Source of the DNA: the human T2T-CHM13v2.0 reference genome, Homo sapiens
Assembly (NCBI RefSeq): GCF_009914755.1
Contig: NC_060943.1
DNA length: 64,000 bases
Direction: 5' to 3' (one strand)
The position numbers and the translations under genes are program-made. Below, piece by piece: positions 1-23,748 of the stretch; position 1 is the stretch's first letter, and the number at the start of each line of letters is the position of its first letter. Below the pieces are notes generated by a model. The model saw only the letters and a list, made by a program, of their open reading frames with translations, was not told the origin of the DNA and did no database searches.

Positions 1-190
1 GGCCAGGGAGTGAACTCTCAGACCAATCTGTTTCTTGCCCTGCAAGAACCAGAGGGCAGGGCAAAAACCACTGCAGGCACGGTGAGAGAAACACAAGTTC
101 CCACAGCCTCATAGAAAACAAGTCAAACTCACAACTCTTACTCCCCAGCCTTGGAAATGAACAGAAATTCTGATCTGCACACACGCATAG

Positions 191-376
<186 letters not shown>

Positions 377-621
377 TAGAATCTTGCTGATTTCCCCCTA
401 AATATGGAAACAAGGCAGAAGAAAGAAACTTTTCAGAAGAGCCACAGCCAGCCACATCCGAGATGCGATGGATGACCCCCAATTTCACTGGCAGCTGAGT
501 GGGGTGATTAAATCAGACTTCAGAGAAGAGCAGAGATTAATTCTTCAACAAGTACCTGAATACTGTCAACGAGTACAGCGAGATCATGATCTAAAATTTT
601 GGTTAAAAAGATAACTGTGTT

Positions 622-1277
622 CATTCCTTGCTACCGCCAAGTCACGTGGAGGCAGAGGCTCAGGTGTGTTCAAGATTCAGCTGCGTCCGTGACCCACCGC
701 CATAGCCAAGGAAGGCATTGTACTGCTACACCTGTGACCCACTGCCATGGCTGAGGAAGGTCTTGCACTGCTGCACCCATGACCCACAACCGTGGCTGAG
801 GAAGACATTGCACTGCTGCACCCGTGACCCACTGCCATGGCCGAGGAAGACATTGCTGCTGGCGGTGTAATGGACGTTAACACTGATTTACAAGGGGTGC
901 TGAAGGACGCCTTCATCCACGGTGGCCTAGCACATGGAATTCGCCAAGCTGCCAAAGCCTCAGACGACTGCTGAGCCCATCTTGGTGTGCTTGCATCCAA
1001 CTGTGATAAGCCTGCATGTGCCACATTAGGGAGACCCTAGGTGCTGAACACCAGGTCAAACTAATTAAGATTGATGACAATGAGAAACGAAAGGAATGGG
1101 TAAGGCCTCTGTAAAACGACAGAGAGGGGAGACCCTATGAAGGGGCTAGCTGCAGCTATGTAGCAGTTAAGGACTTTGGCAAAGAATCTCGGGCCAAGGA
1201 TGTGATTGAGGAGTGCTTCACATGCAAGAAATGAACGAATAAAATGCTGGCTCACATGCCTCAAAAAAAAAAAAAAA
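622..1277 (+). pseudogene. Processed pseudogene of ribosomal protein S12 (RPS12-like)
   Basis: From ATG 837 reads [45 protein letters not shown], matching the RPS12 N-terminus, with premature TGA at 972-974. Downstream frameshifted RPS12-like sequence ends AAGAAATGA (stop 1232-1234), then AATAAA 1238-1243 and poly(A) 1263-1277. No introns; RPS12-like 5'UTR from ~622; approximate TSD AAAAAGATA..GTGT at ~605-620 and ~1273-1290. Confidence 0.93.
681..860 (+). repeat. 4 x 45-bp tandem repeat spanning the RPS12 pseudogene start codon
   Basis: Units start at 681, 726, 771 and 816; consensus CTGCACCCGTGACCCACTGCCATGGCTGAGGAAGACATTGCACTG. Confidence 0.95.
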
Positions 1278-1409
1278 GATACAATTGTGTATGCATAGAA
1301 AAAAAGACAAATGCTAAAATATTAATAAGTGTCACCCCTGGCTAGTAAGTTTATGGGAAGTTTTTGTTGTCTTCACTGCCATTTTATAGACTGCAAATAT
1401 TATTTGTAA

Positions 1410-1890
<481 letters not shown>

Positions 1891-2270
1891 TGAATGTGGT
1901 GGAAATGCCTGCACCTGAGAGCACCTGGACAGGCTGATGCTGTCTCCCAGACGCTTTAGCTCATCATTATTTTGGGAGATTCTACATCAAAGTCTGACAA
2001 AGATGAATGTTCAATCCTTGGCACTCTCACCTTATAATACAGAGATCTTTTCATTTTATAGATTTCAACTTTGTGATTTCTGTATGATCACATTTTACTC
2101 ATTGGTATGTAGTAAAACAGGCCAGCAGGACAACTATGGTTCAAGATTCTCACGATTCACATAGAAATATAATCACATCCCCTCGCCGACCCCAGCCAAT
2201 GCTCAATAAAAACCAAGGAAACAATGGCAAGGCCACTGAGTCCTCAAATTGCACACATTAATGGTCTCAC

Positions 2271-3789
2271 AGATGGCAGTGGCAGCCCATCGGGAGTGGC
2301 TGCTGCAAAGATGTAAGCTGCAGTGGAGGAAGCGCGGCCAGGGTTGTGCACTCTGCAGGGCCAACAGGAGCCAGGAATAGGCAGGAGCCCCCATCTCCTA
2401 CTGAGCTGGCAGGGCGGGAGCCCTGCACTCCCAGGCGCAGCTGCAGCCGCCCAGCCGCAGCTCTGGATCCAGGAATCTCTGCACTCTCAGGGGCCCAGGA
2501 AGCATCCCTGCCGCCGCAGGCTCGTAAGTGCCTGCTCCCGCTCCTCCCCACTCCTGGCACCGACTTCAATTTCAGAGCAAAGCTGAGGCCAAGCCCGGGT
2601 ACTGTTGCAACCCAGCCATGTGTGCACATGCTTGGTGTGACACTGACACACCAGCCTCCTGATGCCTCAGACCCCTCCAAGATTTTGGGCGCTGATGAGC
2701 ATGGGAGAGTAGTCAAGGTAGGGGCTGAGGGCAGCTCAGTGCAGGCCTGCAGATGCCCCTTGGCACAAACAGCCTGGATGCACTGGCCAGCATGTTGATG
2801 GTGGCAGAAGGCAGACACGCTTCTGGGTGGAAAGGTGCAGGTGCCCAGTGAAGCCCCACCTTCAAGACAGGGACAGCCTAAAGCCTGGGGGCTGGGCTGT
2901 CAGTTCCAAGTGGAGTCCACGGCCCAGACTGAGAACTCATGGTGCTTTCTCCAGGCCCACCTATGGACCAATCAGCACATACTCCCTCCCTTCTGAGCCA
3001 TAAAAAACCCCGGACTCAGCCAGACTCAGACAGATGTCGGGACTACCAACTGCAGGAAGGAGCTACCTACGTCAGGCCTCTTTAACTCGTCAGGACGACC
3101 TGCCTGTGGAAAGAAGCTGCCCACTGTGGGTCTCCTGAGAGCTATTCTGCCGTTCAGTAAAGCTCCTCTCTGCCTTGCTCACCCTCCACTAGTCTACGTA
3201 CCTCATTCTTCCTCGACATGGGACAAGAACTCGGGACCCACCAAATGGCAGGACTGAAAGAGCTGTAACATAAAGAGAGCTAAAACATGCTCCCGACTCA
3301 CTACATTGCAGGTGACGAGAGGAGAGAAGAGCTCTGGCCCTTCAGGGAGCCCAACCTAGGAGTTCCCCGAGCCAGGGCTATGACACCCTCTTTGGGGCTC
3401 TGCAGTTCCTGGTGTCTCCAAGCTTCCAGGCCCCACTGTGTTCCCCAGTGCCCACCGTGGAAGCGGCCTACAGTACGCCTGCTCTAGCTGCAGCCTTGCA
3501 TGGAGCAGGACCCTGTACAAGCAACTTGGAGCTGCCCACCCCACCTCAGTCGGCACACCTGGTTGTGTGCAGTGGCCAGACCCTGCACTTGCTCACATAC
3601 CCCTCGCCACTCCACACCTGGCTCGCCCTTGGCAGGCATGGGATCCAGGCCAGTAGCACAAGCCGAGCGCAGCCTGCCAGGCCAAGAGCGTGAAATGAGC
3701 CCAGCAGGCCCGAACAAAACTCAGGCAAAGGAGCCACCAGCCACAGAGGTTTCCGGCTGGAAAAGCGACAGTCCAGGGATCCCGTGACA
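2271..3789 (+). mobile_element. Solo ERV1 LTR, MER52-type (~1.5 kb)
   Basis: Begins AGATGGCAGTGGCAGCCCA (consensus TGATGGCAG.. as recalled) and ends GGATCCCGTGACA; 4-bp TSD TCAC at 2267-2270 and 3790-3793; CCAAT 2968-2972, CATAAAA 2999-3005, AGTAAA 3156-3161. Confidence 0.85.
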
Positions 3790-4116
3790 TCACTTCTTGA
3801 CTATCAAGGTCAAGAAATCCAAATTCCCTACTTCTGGCTTCCCTTTGCACCCACATGTCTTTGGAGAGGATGGGGACTAATGAAGTAGGATATTAACAAT
3901 GTAAATCCCAATGATAACCCACCAATTTTTACCACCAATTGGGGGCTTGGTGTTCTCTTCACTGAGTGATTTTTAAGACTCACAGCCCTCAAACAGCTGA
4001 GGCCCCATTCCTGGGAGGCAATTTAAGAATCCGTCTGCCCACATACCAACCCCAGCACCCTATCAAGGGAACCATGATGCCCACAAAGGAAGGCCAGGGC
4101 AGGGGTGAGATCTTAC

Positions 4117-4249
4117 AGGGGGTTTAGCAGAGAGGCTTCCTTGCCGAATATATTCAATGGCAGCTTCGAATGAGGTCAGGCAGTATCCCAGTTCATCCTT
4201 TGCCAAGCTGCTAAACCTGAAGTTTTTGATGTAACTCAAATTTGCCATC
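4117..4249 (-). CDS. ANKRD27: ANKRD27 (VARP) exon 12, end of VPS9 domain
   Basis: ttag|G ATG GCA AAT...AAA CCC CCT|gtaaga; (W)MANLSYIKNFRFSSLAKDELGYCLTSFEAAIEYIRQGSLSAKPP; 133 nt, phase 2 to 0; cumulative CDS 1116 nt. Confidence 0.97.
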
Positions 4250-4704
4250 CTAATGAAAGGAAGAAAAAAGTTATGTTGTTGTCTATCCAAGTCACACTTC
4301 TGCAAAAAAAATATCATTGGCTTGGGCAACTGATCAAATATCTAGTCAGTCGGTTCGCTCAGGAAGCTACGACCACCATCCCCTGGATCTCTCTGCAGAG
4401 TGTGTGCGATTAGGAACACAAGTAAAATGACTAGCTAGTTCCCTGAAATAGTCTTTAGCAAGCTGATTACCGTAAACTGAGCTGTGGGTTCCAGGGGAGA
4501 GATTATGGGTTTTGGGGCCAGAAAGAATGGCAATCAGCTTTCTGCTCAACCACTGTCTAGACACTCATTCCAGAACAAGAAATGTAAGCTCTCCGGGCCT
4601 TGGTTTCCCCATCTGTAAGTGGATGGATGAAGCAAGGGGAGGCCCCACACCTAGCTCGTAACAGGTGTCCAATTGAAGATGGGCTTTTCCTAGAGTTACA
4701 TTAG

Positions 4705-5023
<319 letters not shown>

Positions 5024-5067
5024 AAGCACTGCCATTTTCAAAAGAGTATCTTAAAAGAAAATGTTAC

Positions 5068-5146
5068 CAATTAGGGATCTCCGTTTTCACAAGCAAGTAT
5101 AACAGGACTGATAGCAGATCATCAGCACACATGGTCTCCAGGTTCA
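5068..5146 (-). CDS. ANKRD27: ANKRD27 exon 11 (VPS9 catalytic ADDLL motif)
   Basis: gcag|TG AAC CTG...AAT TG|gtaaca; (V)NLETMCADDLLSVLLYLLVKTEIPN(W); 79 nt. Confidence 0.97.
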
Positions 5147-5379
5147 CTGCAAAGGGGAAACACACATTCAATGCCATCATGAGATTCAAACGGACTGACA
5201 AGCATATCAACTCCCTACCACCGCACACCTTGTGAAACCACGTATCAGGGAGATCATACACTGGGGGAGAAATGTCATTGCACAAGCTCCTTTACAGCGT
5301 CCTGATCAGATGTCAGGTCCAGGGGGAAAAGAATGCCCAGCAATTTCAGAACATGACCAAAACAAGGTATTAGTAACTC

Positions 5380-5989
<610 letters not shown>

Positions 5990-6783
5990 TATGTTAACTC
6001 CAAGCAGACCATGCCTTGCCACCCCCTTGGACGCTGAAAGAGCCCAGGGAGGTGGCTGCAGTGATAAAAAATGAAGATGAGCCCAGAGCCATCACCTAAA
6101 GTCTCTTTCTTCCTAAAGTCACCAAGGTCCTTCCTAAGGTCACTTCCATGTTATAGACATGGAGTCCACTGCCCATGTGGAGTTTCACTTTTTTTCCATT
6201 TTGAAATTTTAAGTAATTCATTCACATTTAAAAATTCAAACAATACAAAGGAGCAAACTGTGAATGTTCCTCCCATCCCTGCCAGCCAGTCTCTTTTCCC
6301 AGAGGCTCCTGCTGTTGCTTCCTGCACATCTGTCCAGGACAGCTATGAGCTCACCATCATATCGTGGCTAAACAGCTATCCCCCATTCTTTGATGCTGTT
6401 GGCTGGAAGTCTACCATATGCATTCCTGTTTATTTCATTCCATACACTCAGGATCATCCCTTATCTACACATACAGCTATGTCTCTTCCTTACTGACTTT
6501 TTCTTGACTTGTTTTCTTTTACTTCTTTTTTTTTTTTTTTTTTTTGAGAAGGGGTCTCACTCTATCACCCAGGCTGTAGTGCACTGGTGTGATCACAGCT
6601 CACTGCAACCTCCAATTCCTGGCCTCAAGTGATCCTCCCACCTTGGCCTCCCAAAGCACTGGGGTTACAGAGGTGAGCCACTGCACCCAGCCCCATAAAA
6701 ATCCCTTAAGACAGCATCACTCTTTGCTTTTTCATCTGGATGTAGCATCTACCCCTTGGCCAGTCCCCTTTCCAAGCACAAAC

Positions 6784-6905
6784 CTCTCTGGCTTGGAGAC
6801 TGTGTAATGAGCTGCACCACTTTTCGCAAGCAGACAAGCTTCTGCTGTGGGGAGGTGCATTTGTTCAGCTGAGCCAGCTCTCTTTTGGCACGAGGTATGT
6901 TAAAG
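6784..6905 (-). CDS. ANKRD27: ANKRD27 exon 10
   Basis: tacag|C TTT AAC...AGA G|gtttgt; (S)FNIPRAKRELAQLNKCTSPQQKLVCLRKVVQLITQSPSQR; 122 nt. Confidence 0.97.
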
Positions 6906-7351
6906 CTGTAAAATAATTTGGAAAGTGACAACTTCAGAGCACAGTAAGAGAACCCTCTGGCCTGGATCTAAGAACACATCTCAGGATCTACACTTCTCAC
7001 AACAAACCAGAAGGAATGAAACACAAAAACAGATACTGAGAAGTCATCTGACTCAAGTCAGCGGCAAAACAGAAGAGCCTTCAATCCCATTCAGGCTGCC
7101 AGGTGATAGAGTTGTACAAGAAAAGCTGAAAAAAAAAAATCCTATTCCTAGAGGGAAACAACCCAAAGAGGGTTGTGGTAGGTGAAACATTTTTGTGTCC
7201 TAATGAAACTTAAATTAGGCTCGGCGCAGTGGCTCACGCCTGTAATCCCAGCACTTGTAAACCAGGGTGGGCAGATCACTTGAGGTCAGGAGTTCAAGAC
7301 CAGCCTGGCCAACATGGTGAAACCCCATCTCTTCTAAAAATACAAAAATTA

Positions 7352-7510
<159 letters not shown>

Positions 7511-7881
7511 TTAAAGAAATGAATTAACTCCTAAGTAGGTATCTCTATGGCAAGGTTCCCTTGGGTGGGCAGGTGGGATGTCCCCTGCACGCAGAACCCA
7601 CATGGGCAAATTACATGCCCACTTGGGGACCAGCTGCACAAAACCCCGTGCCCAGCGGCTCCCATCCAGCTGGCGTGCTGGTGCAGTGTGGGAGGGGGAC
7701 GGCCACACACAGTCACCTGTAAAGGGCAGCCCTTTATCTTTGGTTGCAAGTAACTGCGCTGCTCCTCAGAACTAACCACATCAAACCAGCTGTCACCTCT
7801 GCCACCGAGAGGGCCTGCTTCCGGGAGAAGACAGCACCCCTGCCTCTGAGGACACCAAGCCGCTGTGGCGCAAACCCTTAC

Positions 7882-7958
7882 CTGAACTCCGGTTTCACAC
7901 CAATATCTTTCTGCTGAAGATCTTGAAGGCTTCTTGTGATTTTGTTAAAGGCCGCATC
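7882..7958 (-). CDS. ANKRD27: ANKRD27 exon 9
   Basis: ttag|GAT GCG GCC...TTC AG|gtaagg; DAAFNKITRSLQDLQQKDIGVKPEF(S); 77 nt. Confidence 0.96.
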
Positions 7959-8045
7959 CTAACAACAGATTTTAACGAACCTTCAAATTTCTCAAAAAGC
8001 ACAGAAGAAGGCTTCCATCTTGGGTGATAATAACTGAGAACCTAC

Positions 8046-8111
8046 CTCACTTGCCTCCATGGTCCCCACGTATTTAAAGATCAGGTTGTAAATTTCATGA
8101 TGGACGTATAT
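8046..8111 (-). CDS. ANKRD27: ANKRD27 exon 8
   Basis: acag|ATA TAC...AGT GAG|gtaggt; IYVHHEIYNLIFKYVGTMEASE; 66 nt. Confidence 0.96.
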
Positions 8112-8189
8112 CTGTGGAATCAACAGACCCCATTCAGGGTGTGAGCGGGCAACAGGGTGTGCCTCCCAGCCACTCCGCCCCACCCTCAC

Positions 8190-8243
8190 CTCCACTGCCT
8201 GCTTCATCAGGTTCATCTGGGCCTCCTGCTTGGCGAGCATTTT
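8190..8243 (-). CDS. ANKRD27: ANKRD27 exon 7
   Basis: ctag|AAA ATG...GTG GAG|gtgagg; KMLAKQEAQMNLMKQAVE; 54 nt. Confidence 0.96.
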
Positions 8244-8330
8244 CTAGAGGGCAAGAAAAGCACAGTGAAAGGGCTTGAATTTGCATGGGGGTGCACCACA
8301 ATTCTCCCTCTCAGAAGTCCTGCTGCTTAC

Positions 8331-8390
8331 CAGGTGAGAGTCCCTCAGAAGCTGCTGGAGGCATTTGGTGTAGAGAGCATTCGCTGAGTC
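8331..8390 (-). CDS. ANKRD27: ANKRD27 exon 6
   Basis: ttag|GAC TCA...CAC CTG|gtaagc; DSANALYTKCLQQLLRDSHL; 60 nt. Confidence 0.96.
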
Positions 8391-9083
8391 CTAAACCACA
8401 TAGAGCAGAGGGACAGGCCACCCTTACCAGCAAGGCCATGACGGGGGAGCCGGAGCGGGTAAGGCGCACAGAGCTTCAAGTGCTAACGCAAGCTTTATGA
8501 AGTCAATTACGTGATTTTTCTCAACTTTTTTTTTAGGTGTATATGCATTAAAAGCAGGAGAAACTTCCCCTTGGGGTTAACACAGAGGATAATAATACTC
8601 ATTGTTATACTTCCCCATGACTTTACCACTTGGTTTGTTTTTTTTTTTTAAGAGACAGGGTCTCACTTTGTTGCCCAGAGTAGAGTGCAGTGGTATGACT
8701 ATAGCACGCTGCAGTCTCAAACTCCTGGGCTAAAGCCATCCTCCCACCTCGGCCTCCCAAGTAGCTGGGAATACACGTGCATGCCACCATGCCTGGCTAA
8801 TTTTTGTATTTTCTGTAGTGATGGGGTCTTTTTATGTTACCCAGGCTGGTCTTGAACTCCCAGCCTCAAGAGATCCTCCCATCTCGGCCTCCCAAAGTGC
8901 TGGGAAGACAGGCTTGTACCACCATGCCCGGTTAAACTACTTTTATAGTTAGAGAGAAACATTTTTAAAAGACTTCAAACAGTGAGGCAGCACCAGGCAG
9001 TTCCAGAGGAAACTGAGGGCTCCCAGCACCCTGCACTGAACCGAGACAGGGCACGCCAGGCAGAGGACAGCACGGCTACTGAC

Positions 9084-9238
9084 TATGTGGTGACGGAGGC
9101 TCTTTCTCTCGCATTCTCGGAATGTTCGATGGAAAGAGGCGATGTTCCTGTCAAATCGCTCGGAGTGTCTTCCCAAGAACTCTCTCACATCTTCAATGGT
9201 TTTCAGGGAAAAGGGATCTGAGGGTGCCAAAGGCTCTT
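9084..9238 (-). CDS. ANKRD27: ANKRD27 exon 5
   Basis: ttcag|AA GAG CCT...CAC ATA|gtcagt; (E)EPLAPSDPFSLKTIEDVREFLGRHSERFDRNIASFHRTFRECERKSLRHHI; 155 nt. Confidence 0.97.
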
Positions 9239-9890
9239 CTGAAAAAGAAACAAACAGGTCAGGCCGGCTGAAGCCTCTGCTGGTTCCTGACTCTGTCCTA
9301 TCCTACAGGGTCTAGGCCCTCTGGGGAGGAGGGCAAATGTCCTTATTTCAAGACACTACACAAGAACAGCCCAGTTACAGGACACCCTGGAGTCCAGAGA
9401 GCCTGGTCCTCTCAAGGCCTCTTCCTGGGACAAAACCAAACTATCTGGGACCATGGGCAAGACCCCAATTCCTGACAATAAGAGCATCAGTGTGCATCCA
9501 GCACATTATTATCTCAATTTTCTGGGGCAAATGAAGACTTATTATTTATTAAAAATAACGAAATCTCAAAGAGGCACAATGCTGGGGCTGGGCGCTATAA
9601 GAGACAGCCCTGAAGCTGACACCCAGAGACAAAGCTGGGGCTACTGCTTTGCATAACTCATGGGGGCAACAGTCACATCCCAGGCTGATCACAGGTAGGC
9701 TGTCTATGCGAATGCTGCCTCCTGGAATTGTGCAATGCCCGACCTGTGCAACAGCAGCCCCGATCCACACCTCCTTAGCCCAGTGACTTTAAAGTTCTAG
9801 TAGGAACCACTGAAAACAATTATATAGGTCTCCATGTGGCTCTTGAATATTTTCCATGATGTTTAACCTTTTTTAAAAAAATAATTTATT

Positions 9891-11128
<1,238 letters not shown>

Positions 11129-11217
11129 TGTTTAACCTTTCAACAGCTAAGTCAGGAACAAGTTCAACAAACACATTTTTCTAAAACAGGAGAAAAAGGT
11201 TTTTTCTCCCAGAATAC

Positions 11218-11374
11218 CTGAACTCTCTCTCTTTTCCAAAGGATGGGCTATACACAGGATGCTGAAACTCTCTTCTTTTTCATTGTAGAAAGTTTCTTCA
11301 AAGAGAATGGGCACTGAGAGAAGACAGGCAAAACCAGCTCCTAATTTAATCCTGTTCCCTTGAATAAAGACATC
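11218..11374 (-). CDS. ANKRD27: ANKRD27 exon 4
   Basis: ccag|GAT GTC TTT...TCA G|gtattc; [52 protein letters not shown]; 157 nt; phases fit both neighbours. Confidence 0.96.
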
Positions 11375-11589
11375 CTGGAAACAAGAAAGCCATCACTGCA
11401 CCAGCAGCCGGGGCAACCACATCCCACTCTCAGCCTGGCCCCCGATGCAGCACTTAACCAGACCCTACGGCCTTCACCCCAATGTGGGTTTGCTGGGGCA
11501 CAAATACTCTCCTGTTTTGCTCATTTTGATACTAAAATGTTTCCTCTTTGTTGGCCTAGTAGCTATGGCTGCAAGATACCTGAATCATT

Positions 11590-14030
<2,441 letters not shown>

Positions 14031-14439
14031 GAAACAAAAAGCTTTTAAAAACTAAAATATTCATCCCTGATGTCCTATTCGGGACCAAGACACTGACAAG
14101 CTTTTCACGGCACTGGGATAAAACAACTTCCTTTGGCTCGGACATCAGCAAGGAGGAGGTGTTCCAGCGACACACGGCAGAAACCCCATCACGGGATCAG
14201 AGAGAGATGCTTGGCACCTCCCGGCCTCCAAGGCAGCAGCTGGGGTCCAGCTTACCATCACTACCTCCCTTTCCTCCACCACAAAGGCAGGGTCCCTCCA
14301 GCCCCCCACGGGGCTGCAGTGTGTGTCAAATGCCACCATTGCCAGTAGCTGTGAAAGGCTGAGAACGGGACTCTCTTCCTCCCCTCTGGCCCCAAACACC
14401 GAGTAGGTGACCCTGGCTGATCCACCAAGAAATGAATAC

Positions 14440-14550
14440 CTTTCCATTTAAGGTCTGAAAATGCTCTTCCACAGGTATCAAAATGTAGGACTCAAACTGA
14501 CAAGTAGACTGGATGCTGCTCGACAGGCTTCCTTTGCAGGGTACTAAGAC
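14440..14550 (-). CDS. ANKRD27: ANKRD27 exon 3
   Basis: ccag|GTC TTA...GGA AAG|gtattc; [37 protein letters not shown]; 111 nt. Confidence 0.97.
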
Positions 14551-14719
14551 CTGGAAAAAACAATTCGGGGCAACATTAGACAGACGTGCCATTTACCACC
14601 TCAGCAGAACAAGGTGTCCCCAAAGGCGCTCCAGCTGGACACACAGCGGGACCTGCTGGCAGAGAGAACGCCCGAGGTCCCTTGCCAACACGGCCACAGT
14701 GGCTGCCAGCTGAGGTGAT

Positions 14720-14752
14720 CTGCTGCTGCTGTTGTTGTTGTTGTTGCTGTTG
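14720..14752 (-). repeat. Intronic mixed CAA/CAG trinucleotide repeat (11 units)
   Basis: Minus strand reads CAA CAG (CAA)5 (CAG)4. Confidence 0.9.
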
Positions 14753-15027
14753 TGATGGAATCAGCCTCACCCCACCACAGGCAGAGGGAGGAGGCGAACA
14801 GTACAAATCCTTCTCCACCTTCAGATGTGGAGGCTGACGGCTCCTTCCTACAATCGCTGGGTCCCCCCCAGGCTAGTGGCCCCAGGCTCCCTCTCTATTC
14901 TTAACAGCACAGTTATAAGGACCCAGGGGCTCAGGGACAAGTCCAGATGAAGAGAGGAGCATTTGGAAAGTACAGAAAAGGGAAGCTAAAAAATCACACT
15001 TTCTCCCACCATTCAAAAAAGAAACAT

Positions 15028-19100
<4,073 letters not shown>

Positions 19101-19438
19101 ATATTAAAAATGAAATAAAGTTGGTACAATGTCCAAACTTCATGGAAAGATATTTGGCATTCAACTGCTGAGGCCACAGGGATCCCTTAGAGGTGACAGA
19201 AAGGATGGCATTTTCCTGGAGACCATCGAGATATTCGACTTTTTCTTTCAATCTATGAACATAGGTAGAGCACAACTGCGGACTGGACAGGTGTGGGTCC
19301 ATGTCCCTCCTCACACGGACAAGAGGGGGCCGGCATGGGCCAGCAAACCTGACCAGTGTGACAGTGACAGCAGCTCCTGCACTCTGCTGATTTCTGCTGA
19401 GATGCTGGCCTCCCTGATTCTTTTTTTTCTTTTTTTTT

Positions 19439-20070
<632 letters not shown>

Positions 20071-20293
20071 AACCTCACTGATTCAAGTCCACCAAACAAG
20101 GCTGAGGAAGACAAGAGGCTCACTGCTGCCCCATGTGGACCCCAGCAGTTCCTTGTGGATGCCTTGGATCTCAGGAGGAGCTGGACTGAGGGTCTGGGGT
20201 TCTGTGGGGCAACCCTGGATGGCACAGCCTAAGAAGAATCTCCATTCTCCGGTGTCCCCGAAAGGAAGGCGACAAGGCAGAAAAGTTCATTCA

Positions 20294-22745
<2,452 letters not shown>

Positions 22746-23646
22746 TCAATTCCGGCGTCCGAGAGGCCGCTGAGAACCTGAAGCCACACTCAGCTAACCT
22801 GACTTCTCCTTCAGTTCAAACCCTCAGGCACCTCACATATCTAAGTAAAGTCGCCCCACGGGATAAGAGAAGTGGACATCCATTTGAGAGAGTAGGGGAC
22901 AACAGACAAAAAGAAGACGGAAGACTCCTGAAGCAGAGGCCACAGATGACACAAATGCACCCGGGACACTGTGTCCCCCAGTGCCGTCTAAGTAGGATGC
23001 CCGCCAAGTTCACTGACCTGAGAACTGGAAAGACCCACAATGCGGGGCCCGCCCCCGTCCAGGCAGATGCCCCCACCATGACAGGCGACAGCGTCTCCTG
23101 CCTGCTTCTCATTCCTGTTACCTGGCTGCCCCTGAAGGCTTCTGAGGTTGTGGCCTCTACCAGAAAAGTTCTTTCATCATGGTGCTTTCCCTTTGGAAAA
23201 ACCTTTCAAAGCAGTGTATGAATGTGTTTACTCGGTCCCTTATTCTATGAGGGTGAGCACCCACCTCCCAGACAGACCAGGACTCGTAAGGCCCCAGGGA
23301 GCACAACTCATTTTAGCCCTGGAGAAGCCTCCATAGGCAAGAGAGAAACGAGAGCACCGCAGCGTGAGACCAAGTGTCACTGGGGGTGCTCCACGAAAGG
23401 GCACAGTTAGCCACAGGCGGGGGCCAGGAGTTCAGAGAAAGTATTACAGCCTGGACTGCAGTCCCAGAAGGCTTCCTGGAGGGAGCGGCTCATGGGGGCC
23501 CCTCGCTGCTCACTCACAGACCAAGCACACTGCTGGGAGCTTGTTAAGCTGAGTTTATAACAAACTCCCTCCAAACTGAGCCTTAGTCTACCACATCTCT
23601 GGAACCATTCATGCCTCAGGACAACCCCGAGGCTCAGTGCACTTAC

Positions 23647-23748
23647 AATGCCATGGATTTGGGCCACTTTGCTGCACAAGTCAGGGCGGCACTTTTGCAG
23701 AGCCAGATAGAAAGGATTTTTCAGGAGGTCTTCATCATACAGAGCCAT
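23647..23748 (-). CDS. ANKRD27: ANKRD27 exon 2 coding part (start codon); full exon 23647-23778
   Basis: ATG at 23748; [34 protein letters not shown]|gtaagt, the VARP N-terminus; acceptor cttattgcag|GAGATTTG at 23778 leaves 30 nt of 5'UTR. Confidence 0.98.

Noticed and set aside
837-1234. Functional RPS12 gene
   Set aside because: Premature TGA at codon 46, frameshifts, no introns and a genomic poly(A).
2267-3856. Overlapping 150-183 aa ORFs
   Set aside because: They lie inside the GC-rich MER52-type LTR, which is non-coding.
11189-11209. 9-bp hairpin GGAGAAAAA/TTTTTCTCC just inside intron 4
   Set aside because: A short AT-rich stem with a 3-nt loop that does not cover the donor; plausible by chance.
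14551-14655. Alternative upstream acceptor for exon 3 (ttctctctgccag)
   Set aside because: It would add an in-frame TAA and has no support beyond the motif.
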